64,000 nucleotides of DNA from Escherichia coli (GTDB taxonomy: Bacteria > Pseudomonadota > Gammaproteobacteria > Enterobacterales > Enterobacteriaceae), in assembly GCF_965641715.1 (NCBI RefSeq), contig NZ_OZ282453.1; one strand, given 5' to 3'. Within the stretch, counting starts at the first letter, position 1. Each line of letters opens with the position of its first letter. The translations under genes were made by a program, and so were the position numbers. The notes under the pieces were generated by a model. That model saw nothing but the letters and a program-made list of their open reading frames with translations, did not search any database and was not told the DNA's origin. Positions 40,750 through 51,399 of the stretch are shown here, piece after piece.

Positions 40750-41670
40750 TCAATGCTCTCCTCTGAACACCTCTTTTCTGTGCCATTCCACAAACTGCTC
40801 GCCCGGATAATTTTCTTTAACCGGTGGCAACGCAATCGCCTTTCCCGCAAAATCCCAGAACAGTCGCTGTACCACTCCACCACCATTTACCGCGCCGGAA
40901 ACCACCACACGCATATTTTCATCCAAGCCAATCGAACCGCGATCAAACGCTTTATGATGGATTGCGCACAATGCCAGGCCATTAGGTACTTCACAAGGGC
41001 CATGGTGCTGCTTCCATCTGATATGAGCAGCTTCCAGAGCAATTGGCGCATTGTCGTGGCGCATGTTGAAGCCGCAGATCGCACACTGATAATTGTAAGC
41101 ACGTAGCACCATCTGGCGGAACTTCGGATCGCGTTGACGGAGAGAGGTGCGAATATCAAAACCCATCTCGTCAGCTATCTCTTCCTGAATACTGGCCGGG
41201 AAATGCGCCTCCAGGAGCTGCTGCGCCAGCGTATCAATTAACCTGTGATTTTTTGCCACCAACGCAAAATTATCGGCATCAAATCCACCAGCGACATTAT
41301 ATTCAATGAGTTCACGTCGGGGCGGCTGGCGGCTACCACTGGTTGAGCACAGTTGTGCGTTTTGTAGTTCCCAGAAGCCATCGCCCTTCAGACGCCAGAA
41401 CGGCATGTCCGGGCGCTGGTCACGGCGCTGCGGTCCATAACGTTCCAGAAGATCCAACAGGGGCTCGTAGATTTCAGAACCATAGTTAAACAGGCGACCA
41501 TGACCCTGCCGATAGTGTGAGAGGACGTGCAGCAGCAATAATGGCTTATGTGGCGCACGTTGTTCGCCTTTGCGCCAGATGGTGATATTTGATATCGCTT
41601 GCTTTAGGGCTTTGTCAGAGGTCATTGCGTTGAAGAATCCATGAGCACATATTTGCGATGATGCTCGCAA
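40750..41670 (-). CDS. HNH-nuclease-domain protein (306 aa) beside the integrase
   Basis: C-terminal His-Me finger YQCAICGFNMRHDNAPIALEAAHIRWKQHHGPCEVPNGLALCAIHHKAFDRG; N-terminal region shares the KPLLLL motif with the fragment at 8904-9146. Confidence 0.6.
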   Translation of the reverse strand: MRASSQICAHGFFNAMTSDKALKQAISNITIWRKGEQRAPHKPLLLLHVLSHYRQGHGRLFNYGSEIYEPLLDLLERYGPQRRDQRPDMPFWRLKGDGFWELQNAQLCSTSGSRQPPRRELIEYNVAGGFDADNFALVAKNHRLIDTLAQQLLEAHFPASIQEEIADEMGFDIRTSLRQRDPKFRQMVLRAYNYQCAICGFNMRHDNAPIALEAAHIRWKQHHGPCEVPNGLALCAIHHKAFDRGSIGLDENMRVVVSGAVNGGGVVQRLFWDFAGKAIALPPVKENYPGEQFVEWHRKEVFRGEH

Positions 41671-41840
41671 CTATATGTACATTCAAGGCATTATTGCAGA
41701 CATCCTTTTTGCCTGACTGCTCTGTACCTGGCAGATGAAATTCTGATAACAACGGTAAAAAATACAGCGACCAACCAGTCCTAAGCGGGCTGGTTGGTCT
41801 TTTAAATTTAAACATCAGCCGAGGAATAACGGCATTCAAC

Positions 41841-43109
41841 TCACTCGCCATTACCCCGATTGATCTTCGCATAGTCAAACGGCGTAATCGCTCTCTCCCG
41901 ATTGGCATCCAGAAAATCAGCCCACCACTGCAACATCAGCTTGCGCTCATCCAGGTGTTCCGCTTTATGGATATACGCCGCCCTCACCGAGCTGCGTTCC
42001 ATATGGCTCATCTGCCTTTCCACCGCATCCTTCGACCATAACCCTGACTCAATCAATGAGCTACAGGCCATTGTGCGGAAGCCGTGGCCGCAAACTTCAA
42101 CCTTAGTGTCATAACCCATCACCCGTAGCGCACTGTTTACCGTGTTCTCGCTCATGGGCTTACGCGGATCGTGATCGCCAATAAAAATCAGCTCATGTTC
42201 GCCACAGAACTGTTTTATCTGCTTCAGGATCGCCAGCGCCTGCTTTGAAAGCGGCACCAGATGCGGTGTACGCATCTTTGAACCTCGCTGAGAATGTTTC
42301 ACACCGGGAATCGGTTCTCGCTCAGGCGGGATGGTCCACATTGACGTTTCAAAATCGATTTCTGACCAGCGAGCAAAACGTAGCTCACTGGATCGAATAA
42401 AGATAAGCAGAGTGAGTTCTGTCGCCCAGCGGGTTAGCGGCCTGCCTGTATAGCTATCTATTTTCTCAAGTAACTCAGGGATACGCTTTAATTCCAGCGC
42501 CGGGCGATGCTGTCGATTGCCAGAGGCGACTGCTCCAGCCATCTCCTGCGCTGGGTTGTAATCAATCAGCCCACTTTGCACTGCATAACGCATAATGGCC
42601 GTGGTACGCTGTTGGAGACGAGAAGCCACCTCAAGACGTCCAGACAGTTCCACCGCTTTAATGGGTGCCAGTAAGTCACGAGTGCCCAATTCGGCAATAT
42701 TGCGAGAACCAATTGCCGGGAAGATATTGTCCTCCAGGCTCTTTTTTACACGATTAGCATGATCTTCTGACCATTTTTGGTTGGTTACGAGCCACTCTCT
42801 GGCAACCTTCTCGAAAGTAATAATCTCTTTCGCCTGCTCTTCTTTCACAGCACGCTTATGCTCACGAGGATCGATACCAGCAGCTACCAGCTTTCTGGCC
42901 TCTTCCCTTTTCTTCCTGGCATCTGCCAGCGAAACATCCGGGTAAACGCCGAACGCCATCAAATGTTGTTTACCGCCAAAACGGAAACGAAATCGCCAAT
43001 ACTTTGAACCGCCAGGTTTTACAAGTAAGGACATGCCATCGCCGTCAACAAGTGAATACTCTTTCTCCTCAGGTTTCGCAGAGCGAACTTTAGTATCCGT
43101 TAGGGCCAT
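41841..43109 (-). CDS. intB: P4-type tyrosine integrase (from the ATG at 43109; the ORF track starts at 43187)
   Basis: MALTDTKVRSAKPEEKEYSLVDGDG...; C-terminal ...HGFRTMACSSLIESG... catalytic region; about 200 bp from the leuX 3' end. Confidence 0.9.
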   Translation of the reverse strand: MALTDTKVRSAKPEEKEYSLVDGDGMSLLVKPGGSKYWRFRFRFGGKQHLMAFGVYPDVSLADARKKREEARKLVAAGIDPREHKRAVKEEQAKEIITFEKVAREWLVTNQKWSEDHANRVKKSLEDNIFPAIGSRNIAELGTRDLLAPIKAVELSGRLEVASRLQQRTTAIMRYAVQSGLIDYNPAQEMAGAVASGNRQHRPALELKRIPELLEKIDSYTGRPLTRWATELTLLIFIRSSELRFARWSEIDFETSMWTIPPEREPIPGVKHSQRGSKMRTPHLVPLSKQALAILKQIKQFCGEHELIFIGDHDPRKPMSENTVNSALRVMGYDTKVEVCGHGFRTMACSSLIESGLWSKDAVERQMSHMERSSVRAAYIHKAEHLDERKLMLQWWADFLDANRERAITPFDYAKINRGNGE

Positions 43110-43270
43110 AATGGTCTTCCTTCCATTGGTATCTCGTGAGTATACAAGCAATATCGAATCGGCAAATATACTCATTAGTATACTCACAAGCCTGTTGATG
43201 TGGGTTGGTTCAGGTTGACTTCAGTTGAGGAGAAAAGCTGGAAAAGCCTTGCGTGGCGCGGATTTCAGGC

Positions 43271-43298
43271 ATAAAAAAAGACCTCAGTTGAGGTCTAT
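43271..43298 (-). terminator. Rho-independent terminator downstream of leuX
   Basis: Hairpin AGACCTCAGTTGAGGTCT followed by a T-run on the tRNA strand. Confidence 0.6.
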
Positions 43299-43309
43299 TT
43301 ACATACTTT

Positions 43310-43394
43310 TGGTGCCGAAGGCCGGACTCGAACCGGCACGTATTTCTACGGTTGATTTTGAATCAACTGCGTCTACCGATTTCGCCACTTCGGC
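43310..43394 (-). tRNA. leuX: tRNA-Leu (leuX), intact with CCA end
   Basis: Reverse complement GCCGAAGTGGCGAAATCGGTAGACGCAGTTGATTCAAAATCAACCGTAGAAATACGTGCCGGTTCGAGTCCGGCCTTCGGCACCA; 85 nt. Confidence 0.95.
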
Positions 43395-43589
43395 ACTGAA
43401 GAGGTATGCGGAAAACGTTGTGGATTATACCTGTCGCACGCCACCATGCAAGCGCCAGCTTGCTCGCACCTCGCTAAGTGCTGAAATTTTCAGCATTGCA
43501 TACAGCGATGTGTAACCTTTGTCACACTCCAGGCACCCCGCCCTGCCATGCTCTACACTTCCCAGACAACACCAGAGAAGGACCAAAAA

Positions 43590-44609
43590 ATGTCGATGAT
43601 AAGAAGCTATGCCGCAAAAGAAGCGGGCGGCGAACTGGAAGTTTATGAGTACGATCCCGGTGAGCTGAAGCCACAAGATGTTGAAGTGCAGGTGGATTAC
43701 TGCGGGATCTGCCATTCCGATCTGACGATGATCGATAACGAATGGGGATTTTCACAATATCCGCTGGTTGCCGGGCATGAGGTGATTGGGCGCGTGGTGG
43801 CACTCGGGAGCGCCGCGCAGGATAAAGGTTTGCAGGTCGGTCAGCGTGTCGGGATTGGCTGGACGGCGCGTAGCTGTGGTCACTGCGACGCCTGTATTAG
43901 CGGTAATCAGATCAACTGCGAGCAAGGTGCGGTGCCGACGATTATGAATCGCGGCGGTTTTGCCGAGAAGTTGCGTGCAGACTGGCAATGGGTGATTCCA
44001 CTGCCAGAAAATATTGATATCGAGTCCGCCGGGCCGCTGCTGTGTGGTGGTATCACGGTCTTTAAACCACTGTTGATGCACCATATCACTGCTACCAGCC
44101 GCGTTGGGGTAATTGGTATTGGCGGGCTGGGGCATATCGCTATAAAACTTCTGCACGCAATGGGATGCGAGGTGACAGCCTTTAGTTCTAATCCGGCGAA
44201 AGAGCAGGAAGTACTGGCGATGGGTGCCGATAAAGTGGTGAATAGCCGCGATCCGCAGGCACTGAAAGCCCTGTCGGGGCAGTTTGATCTCATTATCAAT
44301 ACTGTGAACGTCAGCCTCGACTGGCAGCCTTATTTTGAGGCGCTGGCCTATGGCGGTAATTTCCATACGGTCGGTGCGGTTCTCACGCCGCTATCTGTTC
44401 CGGCCTTTACGTTAATTGCGGGCGACCGCAGCATCTCTGGTTCTGCTACCGGCACGCCTTATGAGCTGCGAAAGCTGATGCGCTTTGCCGCCCGTAGCAA
44501 GGTTGCGCCGACCACCGAACTGTTCCCGATGTCGAAAATTAACGACGCCATCCAGCATGTGCGCGACGGTAAGGCGCGTTACCGCGTGGTGTTGAAAGCC
44601 GATTTTTGA
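43590..44609 (+). CDS. ahr: NADPH-dependent aldehyde reductase Ahr (YjgB; 339 aa from the ATG at 43590)
   Basis: [24 protein letters not shown]...; zinc-ADH motifs GHEVIGRV and CGICHSD. Confidence 0.9.
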   Translation: MSMIRSYAAKEAGGELEVYEYDPGELKPQDVEVQVDYCGICHSDLTMIDNEWGFSQYPLVAGHEVIGRVVALGSAAQDKGLQVGQRVGIGWTARSCGHCDACISGNQINCEQGAVPTIMNRGGFAEKLRADWQWVIPLPENIDIESAGPLLCGGITVFKPLLMHHITATSRVGVIGIGGLGHIAIKLLHAMGCEVTAFSSNPAKEQEVLAMGADKVVNSRDPQALKALSGQFDLIINTVNVSLDWQPYFEALAYGGNFHTVGAVLTPLSVPAFTLIAGDRSISGSATGTPYELRKLMRFAARSKVAPTTELFPMSKINDAIQHVRDGKARYRVVLKADF

Positions 44610-44612
44610 AAA

Positions 44613-45176
44613 TCATTCGCAGCGCTGATCTGAGGCGCTGCCCTCTTTCGCACATATTCTGTTTTGTCGTATCGCCAGCACAGCCTGCCGACATTGTTCG
44701 GTGACATTGGCAATATCATGGTTGATATCAATGCGCACAATATCCTGTTCATCTGCTTGTGGACGCTCCAGCGCCTCAAACTGACTTTTTAGTAACGCTA
44801 CCGGCATAAAATGCCCAGCCCGACGCTGCATTCGCGCGAGGATAGTTTCATAGTCGCCATCTAACCAGAGGAAATGAACATGGGGGCTACCCTTGCGTAA
44901 AATATCACGATACTGTTTTTTTAATGATGAACAGACAATAAATCCTGTTTCATTCTTTTTATAAAGACTGTATGAAGCATCATTTAAGCGTTCCAGCCAG
45001 GGAAGTCGATCTTCATCAGATAATGGAATACCCTGCGACATTTTATCTATATTTTTGGCTGGATGAAGATCGTCACCATCAATAAATTTAGCAGATAATA
45101 ACGCGGCAACCTTGCTACCAATTAATGTTTTACCACTCCCTGAAACGCCCATCAAAATAAAGCTTTCACCCGCCAT
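44613..45176 (-). CDS. idnK: Gluconokinase IdnK
   Basis: MAGESFILMGVSGSGKTLIGSKVAALLSAKFIDGDDLHP...; divergent from idnD. Confidence 0.9.
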   Translation of the reverse strand: MAGESFILMGVSGSGKTLIGSKVAALLSAKFIDGDDLHPAKNIDKMSQGIPLSDEDRLPWLERLNDASYSLYKKNETGFIVCSSLKKQYRDILRKGSPHVHFLWLDGDYETILARMQRRAGHFMPVALLKSQFEALERPQADEQDIVRIDINHDIANVTEQCRQAVLAIRQNRICAKEGSASDQRCE

Positions 45177-45276
45177 TTAAAATCTCCTGAATCATCTTAC
45201 CTGCTGCGATACTACGCCTGGTGGCATAATAATTTCACGTTTTTTTATTTCTGCTGATAAGAATTACAAGGCACAT

Positions 45277-45293
45277 CACGTTATGCGTAACAT
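45277..45293. promoter_or_regulatory. GntR/IdnR-type operator in the idnK-idnD divergent promoter region
   Basis: CACGTTATGCGTAACAT, fitting the GTTA-N4-TAACAT half-palindrome. Confidence 0.45.
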
Positions 45294-45392
45294 AGTAATG
45301 TAACAATTTTCTGACGTGATCTTCATCACAAATAATGACAATTAAAACCGCTTAAATGCTTCCGAGGTGTCTACCTGACCAGTGAGGAATTT

Positions 45393-46424
45393 ATGCAAGT
45401 GAAAACACAGTCCTGCGTTGTTGCGGGCAAGAAAACTGTTGCCGTTACCGAGCAGACGATAGATTGGAATAATAATGGAACATTAGTACAAATAACCCGA
45501 GGTGGAATTTGCGGTTCCGATTTACATTATTATCAGGAAGGAAAAGTAGGTAATTTCATGATAAAGGCACCGATGGTGTTAGGTCATGAAGTTATCGGTA
45601 AAGTTATTCATAGCGACTCATCAGAATTACATGAAGGGCAAACGGTAGCCATTAATCCGTCTAAACCGTGCGGTCACTGCAAATACTGCATTGAACATAA
45701 CGAGAATCAGTGTACAGAGATGCGTTTTTTTGGCAGTGCCATGTATTTCCCTCATGTTGATGGTGGCTTTACCCGTTATAAAATGGTCGAAACGTCGCAA
45801 TGTGTCCCTTATCCGGCCAAAGCTGACGAAAAGGTTATGGCTTTTGCCGAACCTTTAGCCGTCGCGATTCATGCCGCACATCAGGCCGGCGAGTTACAGG
45901 GCAAGCGAGTATTTATTTCTGGTGTTGGGCCCATTGGCTGCCTGATTGTCAGTGCTGTGAAAACACTGGGGGCCGCGGAAATTGTCTGTGCCGATGTGAG
46001 TCCCCGTTCCCTTTCGCTGGGCAAAGAGATGGGGGCGGATGTGCTCGTAAACCCACAAAACGACGACATGGATCACTGGAAAGCGGAAAAAGGCTATTTC
46101 GATGTCAGCTTTGAAGTGTCCGGTCATCCTTCATCAGTGAATACCTGTCTGGAGGTCACTCGTGCACGCGGCGTAATGGTGCAGGTAGGTATGGGAGGCG
46201 CGATGGCAGAATTCCCAATGATGGCATTGATTGGTAAGGAGATTTCACTCAAAGGCTCTTTCCGTTTTACCAGCGAATTTAATACCGCAGTGTCATGGCT
46301 GGCGAATGGCGTTATCAATCCACTGCCTTTACTGAGTGCTGAATATCCCTTCACTGACCTGGAAGAGGCGCTACGTTTCGCCGGTGATAAAACCCAGGCA
46401 GCAAAAGTCCAGCTTGTTTTCTAA
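45393..46424 (+). CDS. idnD: L-idonate 5-dehydrogenase IdnD
   Basis: Zinc-dependent dehydrogenase (GICGSDLHYY, GHEVIGKV); first gene of idnDOTR. Confidence 0.9.
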   Translation: MQVKTQSCVVAGKKTVAVTEQTIDWNNNGTLVQITRGGICGSDLHYYQEGKVGNFMIKAPMVLGHEVIGKVIHSDSSELHEGQTVAINPSKPCGHCKYCIEHNENQCTEMRFFGSAMYFPHVDGGFTRYKMVETSQCVPYPAKADEKVMAFAEPLAVAIHAAHQAGELQGKRVFISGVGPIGCLIVSAVKTLGAAEIVCADVSPRSLSLGKEMGADVLVNPQNDDMDHWKAEKGYFDVSFEVSGHPSSVNTCLEVTRARGVMVQVGMGGAMAEFPMMALIGKEISLKGSFRFTSEFNTAVSWLANGVINPLPLLSAEYPFTDLEEALRFAGDKTQAAKVQLVF

Positions 46425-46447
46425 GAGATAAATAAAGGAATAATACA

Positions 46448-47212
46448 ATGAACGATCTATTTTCACTGGCAGGAAAAAATATCTTGATTACCGGTTCAGC
46501 ACAGGGCATTGGCTTTTTACTGGCAACCGGCCTGGGTAAATATGGCGCACAAATAATTATTAATGATATTACTGCCGAACGCGCAGAACTTGCTGTAGAA
46601 AAACTCCACCAGGAGGGTATTCAGGCCGTTGCCGCACCTTTTAATGTTACTCATAAACATGAAATTGATGCCGCCGTTGAACATATCGAAAAGGACATCG
46701 GCCCCATTGATGTGCTGGTGAATAACGCCGGTATCCAGCGCCGTCATCCTTTTACTGAGTTCCCTGAACAAGAGTGGAATGATGTGATCGCAGTAAACCA
46801 GACCGCCGTGTTCCTGGTATCGCAAGCGGTAACTCGTCACATGGTTGAACGCAAGGCAGGTAAAGTTATTAATATTTGCTCGATGCAAAGCGAACTGGGA
46901 CGTGACACCATCACCCCTTATGCCGCATCGAAAGGGGCGGTAAAAATGCTCACCCGCGGCATGTGCGTCGAGCTGGCGCGCCACAATATTCAGGTCAACG
47001 GTATTGCGCCGGGCTATTTCAAAACAGAAATGACTAAAGCACTGGTTGAGGACGAAGCCTTCACCGCCTGGTTGTGCAAACGGACCCCCGCCGCACGCTG
47101 GGGAGATCCGCAGGAACTGATTGGTGCTGCGGTGTTCCTTTCTTCAAAAGCCTCTGATTTCGTAAACGGCCACCTGTTGTTTGTTGATGGCGGCATGTTA
47201 GTGGCTGTTTAA
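46448..47212 (+). CDS. idnO: 5-keto-D-gluconate 5-reductase IdnO (short-chain dehydrogenase)
   Basis: SDR motifs TGSAQGIG and YAASKGA. Confidence 0.9.
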   Translation: MNDLFSLAGKNILITGSAQGIGFLLATGLGKYGAQIIINDITAERAELAVEKLHQEGIQAVAAPFNVTHKHEIDAAVEHIEKDIGPIDVLVNNAGIQRRHPFTEFPEQEWNDVIAVNQTAVFLVSQAVTRHMVERKAGKVINICSMQSELGRDTITPYAASKGAVKMLTRGMCVELARHNIQVNGIAPGYFKTEMTKALVEDEAFTAWLCKRTPAARWGDPQELIGAAVFLSSKASDFVNGHLLFVDGGMLVAV

Positions 47213-47274
47213 CAGCCCCCCCTACGTGCAGCGCGAAAGCGCTGCTTTTCTGGCACTAATAAGAGATAAAGACT

Positions 47275-48594
47275 ATGCCATTAATCATTATTGCGGCAGG
47301 CGTCGCGCTGCTTCTTATCCTGATGATCGGCTTTAAAGTTAACGGCTTTATTGCCCTCGTTCTGGTAGCTGCCGTCGTCGGATTTGCCGAAGGGATGGAT
47401 GCACAGGCCGTCCTGCACTCTATACAAAATGGTATCGGCAGCACGCTCGGCGGGCTGGCAATGATCCTCGGTTTCGGGGCCATGTTAGGCAAGCTGATTT
47501 CTGATACGGGTGCGGCACAACGTATCGCCACTACGCTGATTGCTACTTTTGGTAAAAAACGCGTGCAATGGGCGCTAGTGATCACCGGTCTGGTTGTGGG
47601 CCTCGCCATGTTTTTTGAAGTGGGTTTTGTCCTGCTGTTGCCGTTGGTATTTACCATCGTAGCATCATCAGGATTACCCCTGTTGTATGTTGGCGTACCA
47701 ATGGTAGCAGCGCTCTCTGTAACCCACTGTTTTCTGCCGCCACATCCAGGGCCTACTGCCATCGCGACTATCTTTGAGGCTAATCTCGGAACGACTTTAC
47801 TGTATGGATTTATCATTACCATTCCGACAGTTATTGTCGCAGGACCGCTGTTTTCTAAACTGCTAACTCGCTTTGAGAAAGCACCACCGGAAGGCTTATT
47901 TAATCCTCATCTGTTTAGCGAAGAGGAGATGCCCTCCTTCTGGAACAGTATTTTCGCTGCCGTGATCCCGGTCATCCTGATGGCTATCGCCGCCGTTTGT
48001 GAAATTACGTTACCGAAAACTAACACCGTGCGCCTCTTCTTTGAATTTGTCGGTAACCCTGCCGTTGCGCTGTTTATTGCCATTGTTATTGCGATGTTCA
48101 CACTGGGCCGACGTAATGGACGCACCATCGAGCAAATCATGGATATCATTGGGGATTCTATAGGCGCTATCGCGATGATTGTGTTTATTATCGCTGGCGG
48201 CGGCGCGTTTAAGCAGGTATTAGTAGATAGCGGTGTCGGGCACTATATTTCACACTTAATGACCGGAACTACGCTTTCGCCGTTATTGATGTGCTGGACT
48301 GTTGCGGCGCTGTTGCGTATCGCTCTGGGCTCTGCCACCGTCGCGGCCATTACCACCGCGGGTGTGGTGTTGCCGATTATCAACGTTACCCATGCCGATC
48401 CCGCTTTAATGGTACTGGCAACCGGTGCGGGCAGCGTGATCGCGTCACACGTAAACGACCCTGGCTTCTGGCTATTTAAAGGGTATTTTAATCTGACGGT
48501 TGGTGAAACGTTGCGTACCTGGACGGTGATGGAAACCCTTATTTCTATTATGGGTTTGCTGGGCGTGTTAGCCATTAACGCCGTATTGCACTGA
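47275..48594 (+). CDS. idnT: L-idonate/gluconate transporter IdnT (GntP family)
   Basis: 439-aa polytopic membrane protein in the idn operon. Confidence 0.9.
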   Translation: MPLIIIAAGVALLLILMIGFKVNGFIALVLVAAVVGFAEGMDAQAVLHSIQNGIGSTLGGLAMILGFGAMLGKLISDTGAAQRIATTLIATFGKKRVQWALVITGLVVGLAMFFEVGFVLLLPLVFTIVASSGLPLLYVGVPMVAALSVTHCFLPPHPGPTAIATIFEANLGTTLLYGFIITIPTVIVAGPLFSKLLTRFEKAPPEGLFNPHLFSEEEMPSFWNSIFAAVIPVILMAIAAVCEITLPKTNTVRLFFEFVGNPAVALFIAIVIAMFTLGRRNGRTIEQIMDIIGDSIGAIAMIVFIIAGGGAFKQVLVDSGVGHYISHLMTGTTLSPLLMCWTVAALLRIALGSATVAAITTAGVVLPIINVTHADPALMVLATGAGSVIASHVNDPGFWLFKGYFNLTVGETLRTWTVMETLISIMGLLGVLAINAVLH

Positions 48595-48660
48595 AAGAAT
48601 AAAATATTGTGATGTAGTTTCGGGGGAAGATTGAAGATTCCCCCGACGTTGGGAGAAGTT

Positions 48661-49659
48661 ATGCGCAATCACAGAATTTCTTTACAGGATATCGCTACGC
48701 TGGCTGGCGTAACAAAAATGACCGTGAGTCGTTATATCCGCTCGCCGAAAAAGGTGGCAAAGGAAACAGGCGAGCGCATCGCCAAAATTATGGAAGAGAT
48801 CAATTATATCCCTAATCGCGCTCCCGGCATGTTGTTGAATGCACAAAGTTATACCCTCGGTATCTTGATTCCGTCATTTCAAAATCAACTCTTCGCTGAC
48901 ATTCTCGCGGGAATAGAATCCGTCACCTCTGAGCATAATTATCAGACCCTTATTGCTAATTACAATTACGATCGCGATTCCGAAGAAGAGTCGGTGATTA
49001 ACCTGCTCTCTTATAACATTGACGGGATTATACTTTCGGAAAAATATCACACCATCAGGACGGTGAAATTTCTGCGTTCAGCCACCATTCCGGTCGTGGA
49101 ATTGATGGATGTACAGGGAGAACGGCTGGATATGGAGGTCGGTTTTGATAATCGGCAGGCCGCTTTTGACATGGTGTGTACCATGCTGGAGAAGCGAGTC
49201 AGGCACAAAATTCTGTATCTCGGTTCCAAAGATGACACCCGCGATGAACAGCGTTATCAGGGGTATTGCGATGCGATGATGCTGCATAATCTTTCCCCAT
49301 TACGCATGAATCCACGCGCCATCTCATCCATTCATTTAGGAATGCAGTTAATGCGTGATGCCCTTAGCGCAAACCCGGATTTAGACGGTGTATTTTGCAC
49401 CAATGACGATATTGCGATGGGTGCGCTTCTGCTGTGCCGCGAGCGAAACCTCGCCGTGCCAGAACAAATTTCCATTGCGGGTTTTCATGGGCTGGAGATT
49501 GGCAGGCAAATGATCCCAAGCCTCGCCAGCGTAATTACTCCCCGTTTTGATATTGGTCGGATGGCCGCCCAAATGTTGCTGAGCAAAATTAAAAATAACG
49601 ATCACAACCACAACACTGTTGACCTCGGGTATCAGATTTATCACGGCAACACGCTTTAG
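48661..49659 (+). CDS. idnR: LacI-family regulator IdnR (332 aa from the ATG at 48661)
   Basis: [29 protein letters not shown]... HTH. Confidence 0.85.
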   Translation: MRNHRISLQDIATLAGVTKMTVSRYIRSPKKVAKETGERIAKIMEEINYIPNRAPGMLLNAQSYTLGILIPSFQNQLFADILAGIESVTSEHNYQTLIANYNYDRDSEEESVINLLSYNIDGIILSEKYHTIRTVKFLRSATIPVVELMDVQGERLDMEVGFDNRQAAFDMVCTMLEKRVRHKILYLGSKDDTRDEQRYQGYCDAMMLHNLSPLRMNPRAISSIHLGMQLMRDALSANPDLDGVFCTNDDIAMGALLLCRERNLAVPEQISIAGFHGLEIGRQMIPSLASVITPRFDIGRMAAQMLLSKIKNNDHNHNTVDLGYQIYHGNTL

Positions 49660-49736
49660 GTTATTTTCTCTTCATTACACGTATTCTCTTTGCCGGACGT
49701 TGCCTATACTCCAGGCAGGAAACTGGAGGATATCTC

Positions 49737-51239
49737 ATGAGCGAACCCCTGTTAATTGCCCGCACGCCGGACACAGAACTATTTTTACTGCCGGGAATGG
49801 CTAACCGTCACGGGCTGATTACTGGCGCAACGGGGACGGGTAAAACTGTCACGCTGCAAAAACTGGCGGAGTCTCTATCGGAAATCGGTGTTCCGGTGTT
49901 TATGGCTGATGTGAAAGGCGATCTGACCGGTATCGCGCAGGCAGGAACGGCGTCGGAAAAACTGCTCACAAGGCTTAAAAATATCGGCGTCAATGACTGG
50001 CAACCGCATGCCAATCCGGTGGTGGTGTGGGATATCTTTGGCGAGAAAGGCCACCCGGTGCGGGCGACGGTTTCGGATCTGGGGCCGCTGTTGCTGGCGC
50101 GGCTGTTGAATCTCAACGATGTGCAATCTGGCGTGCTGAATATCATCTTCCGCATTGCTGACGATCAGGGGCTGTTACTGCTCGACTTTAAAGATCTGCG
50201 GGCAATTACCCAGTACATCGGCGATAACGCCAAATCCTTCCAGAATCAGTACGGAAATATCAGTAGCGCATCGGTTGGTGCCATCCAGCGCGGGCTGTTG
50301 TCGCTGGAACAGCAAGGCGCAGCACACTTCTTTGGTGAGCCGATGCTGGATATCAAAGACTGGATGCGCACCGATGCCAACGGTAAAGGCGTTATCAATA
50401 TCCTCAGCGCCGAGAAACTTTATCAGATGCCGAAACTGTACGCCGCCAGCCTGCTGTGGATGCTTTCAGAGTTGTATGAACAATTGCCGGAAGCGGGCGA
50501 TCTGGAGAAACCAAAACTGGTGTTTTTCTTCGACGAGGCACATCTGCTGTTTAACGATGCCCCGCAGGTACTGCTGGATAAGATTGAGCAGGTGATAAGG
50601 CTTATTCGCTCAAAAGGCGTGGGCGTCTGGTTCGTTTCGCAAAACCCGTCTGATATTCCAGATAATGTGCTCGGCCAGCTCGGTAATCGCGTTCAACACG
50701 CTTTGCGTGCTTTTACGCCCAAAGATCAGAAAGCGGTAAAAGCTGCGGCGCAAACCATGCGCCCCAACCCTGCATTTGATACGGAAAAGGCAATCCAGGA
50801 ACTGGGGACCGGCGAGGCGTTAATCTCGTTTCTCGATGCAAAAGGAAGTCCTTCTGTGGTGGAACGGGCGATGGTGATTGCGCCTTGTTCGCGGATGGGA
50901 CCGGTGACGGAAGATGAGCGTAATGGCTTGATTAATCACTCTCCGGTGTATGGCAAGTACGAGGATGACGTGGACCGGGAATCCGCCTATGAGATGTTGC
51001 AAAAAGGCTTTCAGGCCAGTAACGAGCAGCAAAATAATCCCCCCGCGAAAGGGAAAGAGGTAGCGGTAGATGACGGCATTCTTGGTGGATTGAAGGATAT
51101 TTTGTTCGGCACTACCGGACCACGCGGCGGGAAGAAAGATGGTGTTGTGCAAACAATGGCGAAAAGCGCCGCCCGCCAGGTGACGAATCAGATTGTACGC
51201 GGGATGTTGGGGAGTTTGCTGGGGGGGAGAAAAAGGTAA
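49737..51239 (+). CDS. yjgR: DUF853-family P-loop NTPase YjgR
   Basis: 500 aa; Walker A GATGTGKT. Confidence 0.85.
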   Translation: MSEPLLIARTPDTELFLLPGMANRHGLITGATGTGKTVTLQKLAESLSEIGVPVFMADVKGDLTGIAQAGTASEKLLTRLKNIGVNDWQPHANPVVVWDIFGEKGHPVRATVSDLGPLLLARLLNLNDVQSGVLNIIFRIADDQGLLLLDFKDLRAITQYIGDNAKSFQNQYGNISSASVGAIQRGLLSLEQQGAAHFFGEPMLDIKDWMRTDANGKGVINILSAEKLYQMPKLYAASLLWMLSELYEQLPEAGDLEKPKLVFFFDEAHLLFNDAPQVLLDKIEQVIRLIRSKGVGVWFVSQNPSDIPDNVLGQLGNRVQHALRAFTPKDQKAVKAAAQTMRPNPAFDTEKAIQELGTGEALISFLDAKGSPSVVERAMVIAPCSRMGPVTEDERNGLINHSPVYGKYEDDVDRESAYEMLQKGFQASNEQQNNPPAKGKEVAVDDGILGGLKDILFGTTGPRGGKKDGVVQTMAKSAARQVTNQIVRGMLGSLLGGRKR

Positions 51240-51259
51240 GCCAAGTGCGATTTGTCTTT

Positions 51260-51296
51260 GCCTGATGCGACGCTGGCGCGTCTTATCATGCCTACA
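51260..51296. repeat. REP (repetitive extragenic palindromic) element
   Basis: GCCTGATGCGACGCTGGCGCGTCTTATCATGCCTACA. Confidence 0.55.
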
Positions 51297-51363
51297 CCAC
51301 TGCAATATATTGGATTTTCATAATTTTTCAGTAATGAACGAAGCACACTTTGCTAATAATAAT

Positions 51364-51385
51364 AAAGGGAGCTTTCGCTCCCTTT
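51364..51385. terminator. Hairpin between convergent yjgR and lptG (possible bidirectional terminator)
   Basis: AAAGGGAGCTTTCGCTCCCTTT. Confidence 0.45.
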
Positions 51386-51399
51386 ATGCGTTCATTAGA

